A DNA stretch of 64,000 bases. Source: the human T2T-CHM13v2.0 reference genome, Homo sapiens. The stretch lies in the NCBI RefSeq assembly GCF_009914755.1, contig NC_060940.1. One strand, written 5' to 3'. Position numbers and translations under genes: made by a program. Shown here in pieces: positions 16,385 through 30,859 of the stretch; positions within the stretch are counted from its first letter, which is position 1, and each line of letters begins with the position of its first letter. A model generated the notes under the pieces. That model saw only the letters and a program-made list of their open reading frames with translations. It had not been told where the DNA came from and ran no database searches.

Positions 16385-16490
16385 GTGCTAGGCAGAGATG
16401 AATGACAAAGCCCCACGCATGTGCGTAGCTCCCGATGGTGCCAGGCAGAGATGAATGACAAAGCCCTATGCATGTGCATAGCACCTGATG
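16385..16490 (+). repeat. 53-nt tandem duplication
   Basis: 16385-16437 vs 16438-16490, 6 mismatches. Confidence 0.95.
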
Positions 16491-16662
16491 GCCTCCAGGG
16501 CGCTTTCCTTCACACTGTCCTACCAGGTCCTCACTGTGTGCCCTGAGCACTGGTGTCATGCTGCCCATTTCACAGATCGGGAGACCAGGAATGGCGTGGC
16601 TTACCCAAGGTCACGAGTTGAAGCTAGAACTCACCCAGGCCTGCTGACTCAAACTGTTGTAA

Positions 16663-16992
<330 letters not shown>

Positions 16993-17920
16993 TATATTTC
17001 TATTTATTGACAAGACAATGCAAAAACAGATCTTAGTACCTTGAATAAATAAATTTTTTTATCTGTATCTATCTAGGTCAATTAAGTATATCTCAGCAAA
17101 TTTGGTCCCAGAAAATAAGGAAGTGACTTAATAAAATGCCCAGGACCATCTTTGCTTGGTTATACACAGGTCTGTGCTGTGTGCTCAGAATGCAGAGGCA
17201 GCTGAGACAGATGAGCCCCAGCCCCATGCAGCTTACAGGCAACAGCAAATAAAACCATACATAAACAGGGTGATATCAGAGAGCGATGACAATCACAGCT
17301 GCTAATATGTGAGAGAATGACAGGGTGTGGGGTGGTGGCTGCTGCTCACAGGGTGGTCCTGGGTGCCCCTTGGAAGGCATGTCCCATCTGAGCTGAGCCC
17401 TGCCTGTTCGGAAGGCACCAGCAACAGGGAACGGCATTCCAGGTGGAAGGAACGGGGAAAAGCTTTGAGGTGGGAATGAGCCCAGCCTGATCAAGGAGCA
17501 GGAAGAAGCCCTTTGTGAGGCGGCGAAGTGGGGACGGGAGAAGCAGAGGGAGACAGAGCCCAAGTGGGACAGGGTGTGCATGTGACACCCCAGAGCACTG
17601 GAGCTGTTTGCTGTTTGCATTGCTGCCACTTGTCCTGCCAGTTCCCATCATCCTCGTCTGCCACTAGCCTGTGTTTCTGACAGGCCTGCAGTAACTGCCC
17701 AGGTCCGGAATTTCTGAATGACCTAATTCCTGACCCACAGAGATTCCAGGGACTAAAATCGTCTGCAGATGGACAGCAGGGCACATTTTTAGCGTCGATG
17801 ACAAATGAAAAAGAAGGGGAAAAGGCTCAGAGAATTAAAAATGAAAGGGCCTAATGCTGTTACTGGAATTCTTCATAGAGTCTGCTTACTTTGTACAAAG
17901 CAGAACAGGGGCTTGGTTGA

Positions 17921-18103
<183 letters not shown>

Positions 18104-18369
18104 AGTGAAGCATTTTGATAAGAGAAAGTTTACAGTCACTCATCGAAGTGGATTGTTTCCTAGGAGCGCCCTGGTCCTCGGAAGCTGAGATGGTGTGAGG
18201 GGTTCTAGATAGAAGCTCCAGGCAGTTGCTGTCACCCTCACATTCCTGTTCCTGTTTTCTACAAAGGGACTGTCAGCCTGAGCATGCCTGCCCTTGACCG
18301 TGACCCTGCTGTGTCTTAGGCCAGGAGTGTTGCCTGAGACATCTGTTTAATAAGCCTTTCCATCCTCAG

Positions 18370-18476
18370 CTGCTTCCCATCACCACGGCGACTACTACTC
18401 AGGAGCCGGCCGGGGCAGCAGGAGGAGCCAGGGCCATCAACCAGGCCATGGACAGAATTGGGCTTCTGGGAAGCAG
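18370..18476 (+). CDS. KATNIP: KATNIP internal coding exon (107 nt; probably exon 11)
   Basis: Acceptor ctttccatcctcAG|CTG, donor CAG|GTacta; LLPITTATTTQEPAGAAGGARAINQAMDRIGLLGS(R); phase 0 in, phase 2 out, matching the next exon. Confidence 0.88.
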
Positions 18477-18582
18477 GTACTACTAAGGCTGAGGCCAAAC
18501 CCGAAACCCCTTAGCAGTGCAGCCATGGGGATCTTCTTCATGAGGGTTCTTTGCTTTTCCTACGTTTTTTTCAGACCCCTTA

Positions 18583-18860
18583 TTTCTTTCTTTAAGATGG
18601 AATCTTGCTCTGTTGCCCAGGCTGGAGTGCAGTGGCACAAACAGCTCACTGCAGCCTCAAACTCCTGGGTTAAAATGATCCTCCAGCCTCAGCCTCCTGA
18701 GTATCTGGGATCACAGGTGTGTGCCACCGCACCCAGCTAATTTGTGTACTTTTTTGTAGAGGGGGTCTCACAACGTTGCCCAGGTTGGTCTCCAGCTCCT
18801 GGGCTCAAGCAGTCCACCCACCTCGGCCTCTCAAACAGGCGTAAGCCACTACACCTGACC
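18583..18860 (-). mobile_element. AluJ
   Basis: Diverged antisense dimer. Confidence 0.93.
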
Positions 18861-19662
18861 CCAAACTCTGTTAAACTATTCCTTTAGACTATACTCTGTC
18901 TCCCCCACCAGCCCTAAAGCTCTCAAATTGACTTGATTTCTTTTAGGCATATGGCTCTTATCTTGGTCAGTTTGGCCCCAACCTGTGTAGAACTTGAACC
19001 TTCTCCAGGTTTCCAGTAGAATACCCCATGCAGCACAGGGTGTTAAACTTGTTCCCCAGCTGGTCTAGGGGGCGAGGTTGGCCCACAGCAGCGTCCTTCG
19101 AAGCTCCTTTTCTCTATTAAAAGTTTGTTCAAACTCAGCATTCTGTTCCATTAACGTGTAGCAGCAGTTATTGGAACTGTCAGGTTTTATTATCAAAATA
19201 AAGCCTTCCCTCTAGTCTTCAGACAAAATAGATCTTCAGAAAGATGCGTCAGGCTGAGAGCCTGTAGTTTCTAGCATGCCATGGCACACAGACACACTCT
19301 GAGGGCCACTGCACAGCTGTGCATGTTGTGCACTGTGCAAAGTGCCTGGCTGAGAGGCGAGAAGGGGCTGAAATCCAGCCTGTGTGCTGGTTACTAAGCT
19401 GAGGGTCTGGCCTGGGGCTGCATCAGCCCAGAAAGGGGGTGGTCGTTTTTCTGCATGAAGAAGGAATTCACTAGCCAAGCTGTGTGCCCTCCAGGTCTGT
19501 GTCTACCTAGAGGGAGCCCTTTGTTATAACTTAAAGGAAAACTGAATAGACTAAAGGCAGCGCCATCCATTCCTTTAAGACTCTCCAGGCCCCAGGTGGA
19601 AATCAGGGCTGTGTACCATTGTGGCCATAATAAGAACTCGCAGATTCCCCTGCATGTGAAAA

Positions 19663-20402
<740 letters not shown>

Positions 20403-20676
20403 CTCTTGACTCTCAAGTTCTAAGCTTAGGGAGGTCAGCTGGCCACCTTGCCCCAAGCAGTGTTTCCCCAGCTGGGCTCTGATTCCATCACTAATTGTGT
20501 AGCCATTTATAAAGGGAGAAAAACAGCAAGCCTGCCCTTGCCTTTGAACTGGATACAGAGTGCATACTTCCCCTTCAAATCATTTCCTATCCCCGAGTGC
20601 AGCACTTTTGATTGGAATGTTCTCTTTTGTGTATCATTTACTACTTCCTGTTTGCTAAAACCAAATCCCATTTCAG

Positions 20677-20779
20677 ACAACAGCAGAAGCTTCTGAAAGT
20701 CCTCCAGGCCGTCGAAAGTGACTCTGCCCATCTCGGCAGGGTGGTTTCACCAACCAAGGAGCAAGTATCAGACACAGAG
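20677..20779 (+). CDS. KATNIP: KATNIP internal coding exon (103 nt; probably exon 12)
   Basis: Acceptor cccatttcAG|A, donor GAG|GTgaga; (R)QQQKLLKVLQAVESDSAHLGRVVSPTKEQVSDTE; phase 2 in, phase 0 out. Confidence 0.9.
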
Positions 20780-20828
20780 GTGAGAGCCTTGACTTGATTT
20801 TCAGTTGTACATTCAGGAAGTTCCCTCA

Positions 20829-21062
<234 letters not shown>

Positions 21063-21671
21063 TCAAGAAATGCAAATTACAGCAACCTAAATGTCCCATT
21101 TGAGCTCTGAATTGACAAATTATTTCTGATGATAACCTCTAGTGCTAGCAAGGTTACAATAAAGCTGCGGCAGTCCCACATACGTGGCAGGCAGCTGTAT
21201 AAACAGGTGAAATCCTCTTGGAAAACAGAATGCTTGACCTTAGGAAGAGCCTGAGAAACACTTATGTCTTTCCGCCCCACAATCCCACTTCCTTATCTAA
21301 GGAAATCACCCCACAGAACTAAAAAGCTAGAGGCAGGAAGATGTCTGTTATAGAATTATTGGAAGTAGGGAAGACATTTTTTTTTAAAACCTAAATGTCT
21401 CATAACAATGGAGTTAATCAGGAAAGTATAATACATCAGCACGATGCAGTAGTATAAAAGGATGGAAGCTATCATTACGAGACGATGCAGACAGGAAACG
21501 TTAGAGATATCAGCCTGACTGTAAAAGGTGATGTTAATCTTCAAGTCCAAAATGATTGTGACAACCACACAAAGATGTGGCCATATGAGTGTGTTGATGG
21601 AGCTAGGACACAAAATACAAAAGGGAACTGTGGCATCAGAGTGGTAGGATTAACGGTGATTCGATTTTCGT

Positions 21672-21991
21672 TCTTTTCTTTTTTTTCTTTTTTTTTTTTT
21701 TTTTTTTCTTAGACAGAGCCTTGTTCTGTCGCCCAGGCTGGAGTGCAGTGGCACCATCTTGGCTCATGGCAACCTCTGCCTCCCAGGTTCAAACTATTCT
21801 CCTGCCTCAGCCGACTGAGTAGCTGGGATTACAGGCACGCATCACCATGCCCAGCTAATTTTTGTATTTTTAGTAGAGATGGGTTTTTGCCATGTTGGCC
21901 AGGCTGGTCTCTAATTCCTGGCCTCAAGTGATCCACCCACCTCGGCCTCCCAAAGTGCTGGGATTATAGGCGTGAGCCACCACACCCAGCC
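21672..21991 (-). mobile_element. Alu
   Basis: Full antisense dimer. Confidence 0.97.
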
Positions 21992-22439
21992 TCCATTTTC
22001 TTTTGTGCTAAAAGGTGTGTGTCCCAGCACTCCCTTCTGCCCCTACCTTCACTCAAGCCATTCTTAGTATTATTTGGTATGGTGGTCACCAATCTTACTA
22101 CTGGCCGGTGAGGACTTAATGCAAAGTCCTCCCAAAGCCACATATAAAATCCTATGAGAGCAGAAAGGCCCCTGAGCTGGCCTGGCCTGGACTAGAGTTC
22201 CAGCTTTGAATCTGGCACCATCATTGAGAGATTGTGTGACCTTAGACAAGCCTCTTAAGCTGTCTGGTCCTGGCTCTCAGATAGGGTCAATAATCCATGC
22301 CCCACAGGCCACTGTGAGGATGAAACAGGAAAGGTCTCTGAAAGCATGCAGCTCAGTGCAGGGAGAAACCAGCAAATATCTGCTGCAAGTTCACCGAGAA
22401 AAATCAAAGCTGTGCTCCCCACTGCATGGAATAGTTTCT

Positions 22440-22758
22440 TTATTTTTATTGTTTTAATTAATTAATTAATTTTAGAGACAGGGCCTTGCTCTTTCTTCTA
22501 AGCTGGAGTGCAGTGGGTGTGATCACAGCTCACTGCAGCCTTGAACTCCTTGCTCACTCGATCCTCCCACCTTGGCCTCCTGAGTAGCTGGGACTACAGG
22601 GGCCCCCCAGCACACCTGGCTGTTTTTTAAAAAAATTTTGTAGAGATGAATCCTTGCTGTGGTGCCCAGGCTGGTCTTGAACTTCTGGGCTCAAGCAATC
22701 CTCCCGCCTCAGCATCCCAAAATGCTGGGATTACAGCTGTGAGTCACCACACCTGACC
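22440..22758 (-). mobile_element. AluJ
   Basis: Full antisense dimer. Confidence 0.95.
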
Positions 22759-24400
22759 AAGTCTCCTTATATTACGGGAGACAGAAAATCCAGGGCAAAC
22801 TGACTTATACAACAAAGAGCAGAAAAATGACAGACTCTTCTCATTGAAAATGACACAGGGAGGGCCAGGTGGAGCCTGGTCCAGCAGCTCGCACTGTGTC
22901 TTTCCCCTCTGTCTGCACAGTGGAAAGCTCAGTCCCACCCCCTGGAGCTCAGTCCCATCTCTGCTCCCTCCTCATGGTCCCCAAATAGCTAGAATGGTTC
23001 TACCTTGCACCCCTGTATCATCAGACTCCACTGTCAGGAGAGAAGCCTGTTTCTCCCCATGTAAATCTGTGACTGGTGTGCTTGCACCGACCTGTGCTGG
23101 GGTGCTTGCCTGTCACTGAGCTGCTCCCTTCTGGCAGCCGAGGGGACAGGACACATTGCTTCCTTGGACCAGTCAGGCACCTCCCTGGAGTGGGAAAGGG
23201 TCAGTTCCCCTATGCTTTATGGCTGAGAAAAGAGACGCCGTGGCTTTCCCCCAAGGAAAATCAAGTGGTCTCAGCAAGAGCGGGGACAATGAATGACAGG
23301 GGCCAGGAACTTCCCAGCCAGTGTCCCCCTCCCACCGCCAAGTGGGATCCCAAATTGGGCAGTGCAGAAGCAGGAGGAGCCACTGAGTAGCAACAGACGA
23401 GTTGTGACACTTGCTTAGTTAACAGATCCTTCAGCTTTTTCATTTACGAACGCAGCTGAGGAATTTGCACATTTCAGATTGCACTGGGTGGGAGTTCTAG
23501 CAGCCCCTCTGAAAGGCAGCCTGCCTCCCATCTGGTCCTCCTGCCTCCCACCAACAAGCAAGGTGAACGGTGCCACTTCTTCAGCAATCCCCAGACTGAC
23601 CACTCACCTGGCCCTGGATTGCTCCACACTATCACAAGCTCATTAACTCCCAGTCCCCTGGAGTCAACTAGGCCAGTTTAGCTTTATCACTGTCCTGCAT
23701 GCCTGGGACTCAGACCCAGGGCAGCAGAGGCTTGGCCAGGACCCCACATGGCTGTGGAGCAGGAGGAAGCTGTGGGTTTCGAGGGCCCAGCTGATCAAAA
23801 CAGGCCCTATCTTTTATCCAGGAGCTGTGAGCTGACCTCTCTCCCTCCTCCCTATCCGCGTTCCCACCGTGTGGCAATCAAGGCCCCTCCAAACACACAC
23901 TGAGAGCAATAGCACGTCTCGCTGGCTATTAATTAAAAAAATAAGTGGGGAACAGTTGCTGTTCATTTGCTTGGCTCCCTGCTCACAGAACCATTGCAGA
24001 TTACCCATGCTAATTAACAGAGGGCATGTGCACATGGGGAATGCACCATTTTGTGAGTGACTGATCCGTGGCGACCAGTGCTGCAATCAGCCCTGGAGGG
24101 CCTCAGGAAGCCATTCCGAACGGTGGCCATTTATTGATGGCATTCACGCAGGCTCTCAGAGCAGACAGCCGACGCAGGAAGGAGGCAGGCATTAAAACCA
24201 ATGAAGGAGAGAAACAGAAAGAAACAGACACTTACAGAGCGCACCCAGGGCCGAGGCTCATGATAGGGCCTTCTTAGGTATTGATATCTTGTTTAACATC
24301 TGTGACAGGATTATCACATAGATGGTGTCATGTCCTCTTCCCCAACCAGGCCGAGGGATGTCAAGTGACTTGTCCAAGGCCAGGGGGCCATGTTACCTAC

Positions 24401-24803
24401 TATATCAGTCCACCAGGGCTGCCATAACAAAATACCACACATGGGGTGGCTTCAACAACAGAGATTTGTTTTCTCACAATTCCGAAGGCTGGAAGTCCAA
24501 GATCAAGGTGTTGGCAGGTTTGGTTTGTTCTGAGGCCTCTCTCTGGCTTGCAGATAGCTGCCTTCTTGCTTTGCCCTCATATGGCCTTTTTCTGTGTGTG
24601 CATCCTTGGTGTGTCTCTCTGTGTGTCCAACTTTCCTCTTATAAGGACACCAGTTAGATTGGATTAGTGCCCCCCTCCCCCACAGCCTCATTTTAACTTA
24701 ATCACCTATTTAAAGGCCTTATCTCCAAATACAGTCATATTCTGAGGTACTGGGGATTAGAGTTTCATCAGATTAATTTGGAAGGGATAAATTCAGCCCG
24801 TAA
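24401..24803 (-). mobile_element. MLT1A-like MaLR solo LTR
   Basis: agggctgccataacaaaataccaca...cttataaggacaccagt...tctccaaatacagtcatattctgaggtactgggg...attcagcccgtaac. Confidence 0.9.
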
Positions 24804-25103
<300 letters not shown>

Positions 25104-25249
25104 TTAGCACGTAACACCTACTCAATTCAGCAGATGTCGTGACAAGCTTCTGGGTACCGAACACTGAGTAGTGGGGGAGAGACGTGCATGTTCAGGCAGA
25201 ATTCAATGCTTTTTAGACATTTTTATTTATTTGTAAACTTTCAAACAGA

Positions 25250-25450
25250 ATGCTCACAGAGTGCCAGTTACACAGGGCCTCTATTTTGAATGCTTTACAG
25301 TATGAATTCATTTAATCATTGTAATAACCATAGGTAGTGGGTGCTATTCTTATCCTCATTGTACAGATGGAGAGACTGAGACCCTGAAGGTTAACTAACT
25401 TTTTGAAGGCAGTGGTGGCAGAGGCAGAGCCGAATTCAAGCCTGTCATGA
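25250..25450 (-). mobile_element. MIR abutting the acceptor of the 216-nt exon
   Basis: tcatttaatcat..aataaccataggtagtggg..cattgtacagatggagagactgag..gtggcagag. Confidence 0.75.
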
Positions 25451-25485
25451 CTTAATCCTTTGGTGTTATTTTTCTCTTCTTTAAG

Positions 25486-26118
<633 letters not shown>

Positions 26119-26120
26119 TA

Positions 26121-26440
26121 GGCCGGGTATGGTGGCTCACACCTGTAATCCCAGCACTTTGAGAGGCCGAGGCGAGTGGATCACTTGAAGTCAGGAGTTC
26201 AATACCAGCCTGGCCAACATGGTGAAACCCCATCTCTACTAATAATACAAAAATTAGCCAGGCGTGGTGGCACATGCCTGTAATCCCAGCTACTTCTGGA
26301 GGCTGAGGCAGGAGAATCACTTGAACCCAGGAGGCAGAGGTTACAGTAAGCCGAGATTGCAGTAAGCCAAGATTGTGCCACTGCATTCCAGCCTGGGTGA
26401 CAGAATGAGACTCTGTCTCAAAAAAAATAAATAAGATAAA
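26121..26440 (+). mobile_element. Alu (S-like), tandem to the previous Alu
   Basis: Full dimer with internal 16-nt duplication cagtaagcc.agattg. Confidence 0.96.
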
Positions 26441-26858
26441 ATCTACCAGGGTTATTCATTTGGGCAAAGTTGGGGAGGAACCTGAGGGAGTGGTGCTGGC
26501 AGAGGCCCCAGACACTCTCTCCCTAAGCTGTTTCCCAGCCCCTGCTCTGTGGGTTTTTCTTGGGGGAGCCAATTCACCTGCTTTTATCCACCTTGCAGTT
26601 TTCCACAGTCACCATCAAACACTGGACCTCAGGGGTCATTAAGGTTAATGGATGTTCTTTGTAGTTGAAGAAACTACAGCTTGGAGAAGGGCATTGACTT
26701 GGCCAAGGTCATGCAGCTGGAAGGTAGTGGAGCCAAGTTCATATCGGGCAGCCTGGGCCAGGACCCTTGCCCACACCCCCTCAGGACCCTGCTGCCCTAG
26801 GTCGTGAGGTGCACACTCCACAAACGTTGAATGTTTCTTTCCTTTAAATATCCAACAG

Positions 26859-27160
26859 AGCCAGGTACAGTGGCTGACACCTGTAATCCCAGCGCTTTGG
26901 GAGGCCGAGGTGGGCGGATCACCTGAGGCCTGGAGTTCAAGACCAGCCTGGCCAACATGGCGAAATCCTGTCTCTACCAAAAATACAAAAATTAGCCAGG
27001 CGTTGGGGCACACACCTGTAGTCCCACCTACTTGAGGCTGAGCCAGGAGAGTCGCTTGAACCTGGGAGGGGAGGTTGCAGTGAGCCAAGATCGTGCCACT
27101 ACACTCCAGCCTGAACGATGGAGCAGGACTCCGTCTCAACAAATAAACAAACAAACAACA
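26859..27160 (+). mobile_element. Alu (S-like)
   Basis: Full dimer with (CAAA)n tail. Confidence 0.96.
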
Positions 27161-27342
27161 GAATTTACAAAAAAAAGATCGGGGAGGGTACTGGCATTTT
27201 TTCCTTCCTGCTACTTGCAAGTTGCACACAAGAGACTGTGAGCTAAACTGAGCCAGAGTAGCAGCCACGTCATCTTTGCTATGTTGGGCCTCAGCTTCAT
27301 TCACAATTATCTCCTCGGAGACCTGGGAAGATGTTGTTATTG

Positions 27343-27578
27343 CGTGATCATAGCTCACTGCAGCCTCAAACTCCTGGGCTCAAGCTGTCCTCCTGCCTCA
27401 GCCTCCTAAATAGTTGGGACTACAGGCACACAACACCACATCTGGCTAATTTTGTAAAATTTTTTATAGAGACGGGGTCTCACTATGTTACCTGGGATGG
27501 TTTCTCTGGCCTCAAGTGATCCTCCCACCTTGGCCTCCCAAAGTGCTGGAATTACGGGCATAAGCCAGCATGCCCAGC
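27343..27578 (-). mobile_element. AluJ, 3'-truncated
   Basis: Antisense, lacks the tail end of the right arm. Confidence 0.9.
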
Positions 27579-29582
27579 CTTTGCTGTTATTGTTATTATT
27601 ATTAATAGTATTAATACCACTGGGAAAAGTAGTTAGTGTTATTCCCATTTTAAAGAAGAGGAAACAAGAAAAGGGGTTTTTGAAATCTCTGGTTCTAGAG
27701 ACCCAGATTCTGGTCTTGACTCTGGCCTCAGCAACTTGCCTGCCTTCTCTGAGAGTGGGTTTTTCTGCAAGCTGAAAAATGGGAGATTGGGTCAATCATC
27801 TGTTCAGATTCTTAGATTTCCAGCAGCAGAAACTGAGTCCAGCTCAGTTAGCACATGTTTAAAAAGTAAATGTGTTTCAAGTCTTTTGAGTAGCTAGTGT
27901 ACTCACTGCCACGCAGGCCAGGAGAGGATGGGCCTTGGGGGAAAGTTGGGGTTTTAGGGAGCATCCTGGAATGCTGGCCACCACGGGTGTGGTCTTTTGG
28001 GGGTGGGAGATGAACAGGAGGATGTGAGATTCTTCTGGAAAGATTCTTTTCTCAGACTTGAGGTTCTGGGGGAGATCGTGCTGTCCTACTTAGTTGACTG
28101 TTTTGGCCTTTGTGTGAGTGGTCACTTCCATGGCATCCGAAACCATCACTAACTTACGTCTTAAACTGGGTCATGACTCAAGGTTGGGGGCTACTTTCAG
28201 AGAAGGGAACAAAATGAGAAGGGGAGATGGAGAAAAGGATAAAGCTTCATTCCCTTAGTTCATACAGCAACCATTTATTGAGATGCCTCGGCAGTGTCGG
28301 TTAGCTGGTTGGTTTGTCCTCGCAACTCTCTGCTGGAAATAGTCTCAGGAGAGGAATGCTGATGGACCAGACTGAATAGGGCAGGACATCTTGATGCCAG
28401 TTCCACCAAGATGCCCCAGCAGGGCAGGAAAAGATTCTCCCTGAAGGTATTCAAGATTGCTTAGAAAAGGTGTAATATATGTCACAAGTAAAAACAAAAA
28501 TTAAGAAATTCAAGATTGCCACTCAAACGGCGGGCTGGATGCTAGATAGCTAAGAAGCAACAACTGTCCCCAGGGTTGGACTGGGTGGGTCTGAGTCCCC
28601 TTCTAGATCAGTAGCTCTGTGATCTCAGCCCTCAAAAGACACAGTCCCTGAGCTGTGGATGATGGCTGCCTGGGTGCTGTGGCCTGGCCTATCCCTGCTT
28701 TGCCTCCAGATTCAAGTCTATAGGCTCCCATGCTTGCTGCTGGGACTTGGCCCAGCCTTCGCCACCCCTCCCCTGCCCCACTCTTGCAGAAAGCAGTGGC
28801 ATTTTGGAAGCCTGCTCTCCAGAACAGAGCACACTAGAGACAATAAAAAGCATCACTGGATTTGATGGGGACCAATTCTGATGATTGCTCTCCCTTTCTT
28901 CTGTTTAGCAGAGACTGGGGCGCTTTGCCATGTGATGGTCCACGGTTTTGGTGGATTTGAGGTTTTTATTTTTTGGCCCTGCGATTGGGACATGAGGCAG
29001 CTGTGTCACCCTGGGCTGCTGGGTCTCTGGGCTCATCCACAGGAAGGCTGGATTCCCCCTTCTTCCCTGACGTGGGGCTTCCCTGCATCCTGGGTCCCAG
29101 GCCCGGGGCTACCGGAACACACTGCCTCTCAGAACCATCTAATTGCACCAGCGTGTGGCAGCCACAGCCTGGTGCATCGCCTCGTTTAACCCTCACATGA
29201 ACCTTGGGATGACTCTCCTCATTTTACCAATGAGAGAAAACAAGATGCAGTGAGGAAGAGGCACTTGCCCCAGGCCATGCGCATGGCTGATAGAGCTCAC
29301 CCGACAGCTGAGGTACCTAGAAGCGGAGGCTGGGTTTGAAAGAGAAAATGCTTCAGTGGAAGTGAATTGGAGCATTCAAAAGATGTGGGAGTGCCCCAGC
29401 CTCTATGGAAACTCCACCCTTCTGTGCCCGCACCATGTCTCTCATTGGCTGCATCCCAGCACAAGGCCTCAAGATGACTCCAGATTTATACACCCAGCCC
29501 TGCCTGCCCCTCTGAGTTACTGACATGAATGTCAACTTCCTGCTTGACATCTCTTGGATCTCTCCTGGCCATCTCAGACTTC

Positions 29583-29889
<307 letters not shown>

Positions 29890-30130
29890 ATTTCAGACCT
29901 CAGAGATTTAAAACTTAAGTTTTGATTCCCCTGCCCTCTTCCCCACATCACTTCTTCCTCCAGTATTTTTTGTTCAGTAACTGGCATTGCTGTCGGCTCA
30001 GATGTACCACCTAGAGTCTTCCTTAATTGCCCTAGGAAATTATGGATTTCCTATGAGTCTAGAATTATTTCCAAATAAAAAGTAAAATATATATGTATGT
30101 ATGTATTGCACACTTACATGTATTGGGGAT

Positions 30131-30230
30131 TGATACGGTTTGACTGTGTCCCCACCCAAATCTCATCTTGAATTGTAAAAATATCCACATGTCAAAGGCA
30201 GAGCCAAGTGGAGATAATTGAATCATGGGG
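30131..30230 (+). mobile_element. THE1/MST LTR 5' fragment
   Basis: tgatacggtttgactgtgtccccacccaaatctcatcttgaattgta...taattgaatcatgggg. Confidence 0.88.
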
Positions 30231-30240
30231 ACAGTACATT

Positions 30241-30380
30241 TGGGCACAGTGGTTCACACCTATAATCCCAGCACACTTTGGGAGATCGAGGCAGGAGGAT
30301 CACTTGAGGCCAGGAGTTTGACACCAGCCTGGGCAACATAGTGAGACCCTGTCTCCATAAAAAAAATTAATTAAAAAATA
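30241..30380 (+). mobile_element. FLAM/left-arm Alu monomer
   Basis: Left arm with A tail leading into the AT-rich repeat. Confidence 0.9.
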
Positions 30381-30384
30381 TTAA

Positions 30385-30808
30385 TATGTGTGTGTATGTA
30401 TATTTATGTGTGTATTTATATTTATGTGTGTGTATATATATACACACACATATATATAATATGTGTGTGTATATATATACACATACATATTATATATATG
30501 TGTGTGTATATATATACACATACATATATATATATATATGTATGTGTATATATATACACATACATATTATATATATGTGTGTGTATATATATACACATAC
30601 ATATTATATATATGTGTGTGTATATATATACACATACATATTATATATATGTGTGTGTATATATATACACATACATATTATATATATGTGTGTGTATATA
30701 TATACACATACATATTATATATATGTGTGTGTATTATATACACATACATATTATATATATGTGTGTGTATATGTATATATACACATATTATATATGTGTG
30801 TGTGTGTG

Positions 30809-30857
<49 letters not shown>
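30385..30857. repeat. AT-rich minisatellite (37-nt unit TATATATATGTGTGTGTATATATATACACATACATAT, about 10 units) ending in (AT)21
   Basis: Identical units at 30491-30527 and 30568-30715 (x4); pure (AT)n at 30816-30857. Confidence 0.97.

Positions 30858-30859
<2 letters not shown>

Noticed and set aside
26645-27358. 237-aa minus-strand ORF and the many ORFs with [17 protein letters not shown] motifs
   Set aside because: Alu-derived reading frames with no independent coding evidence
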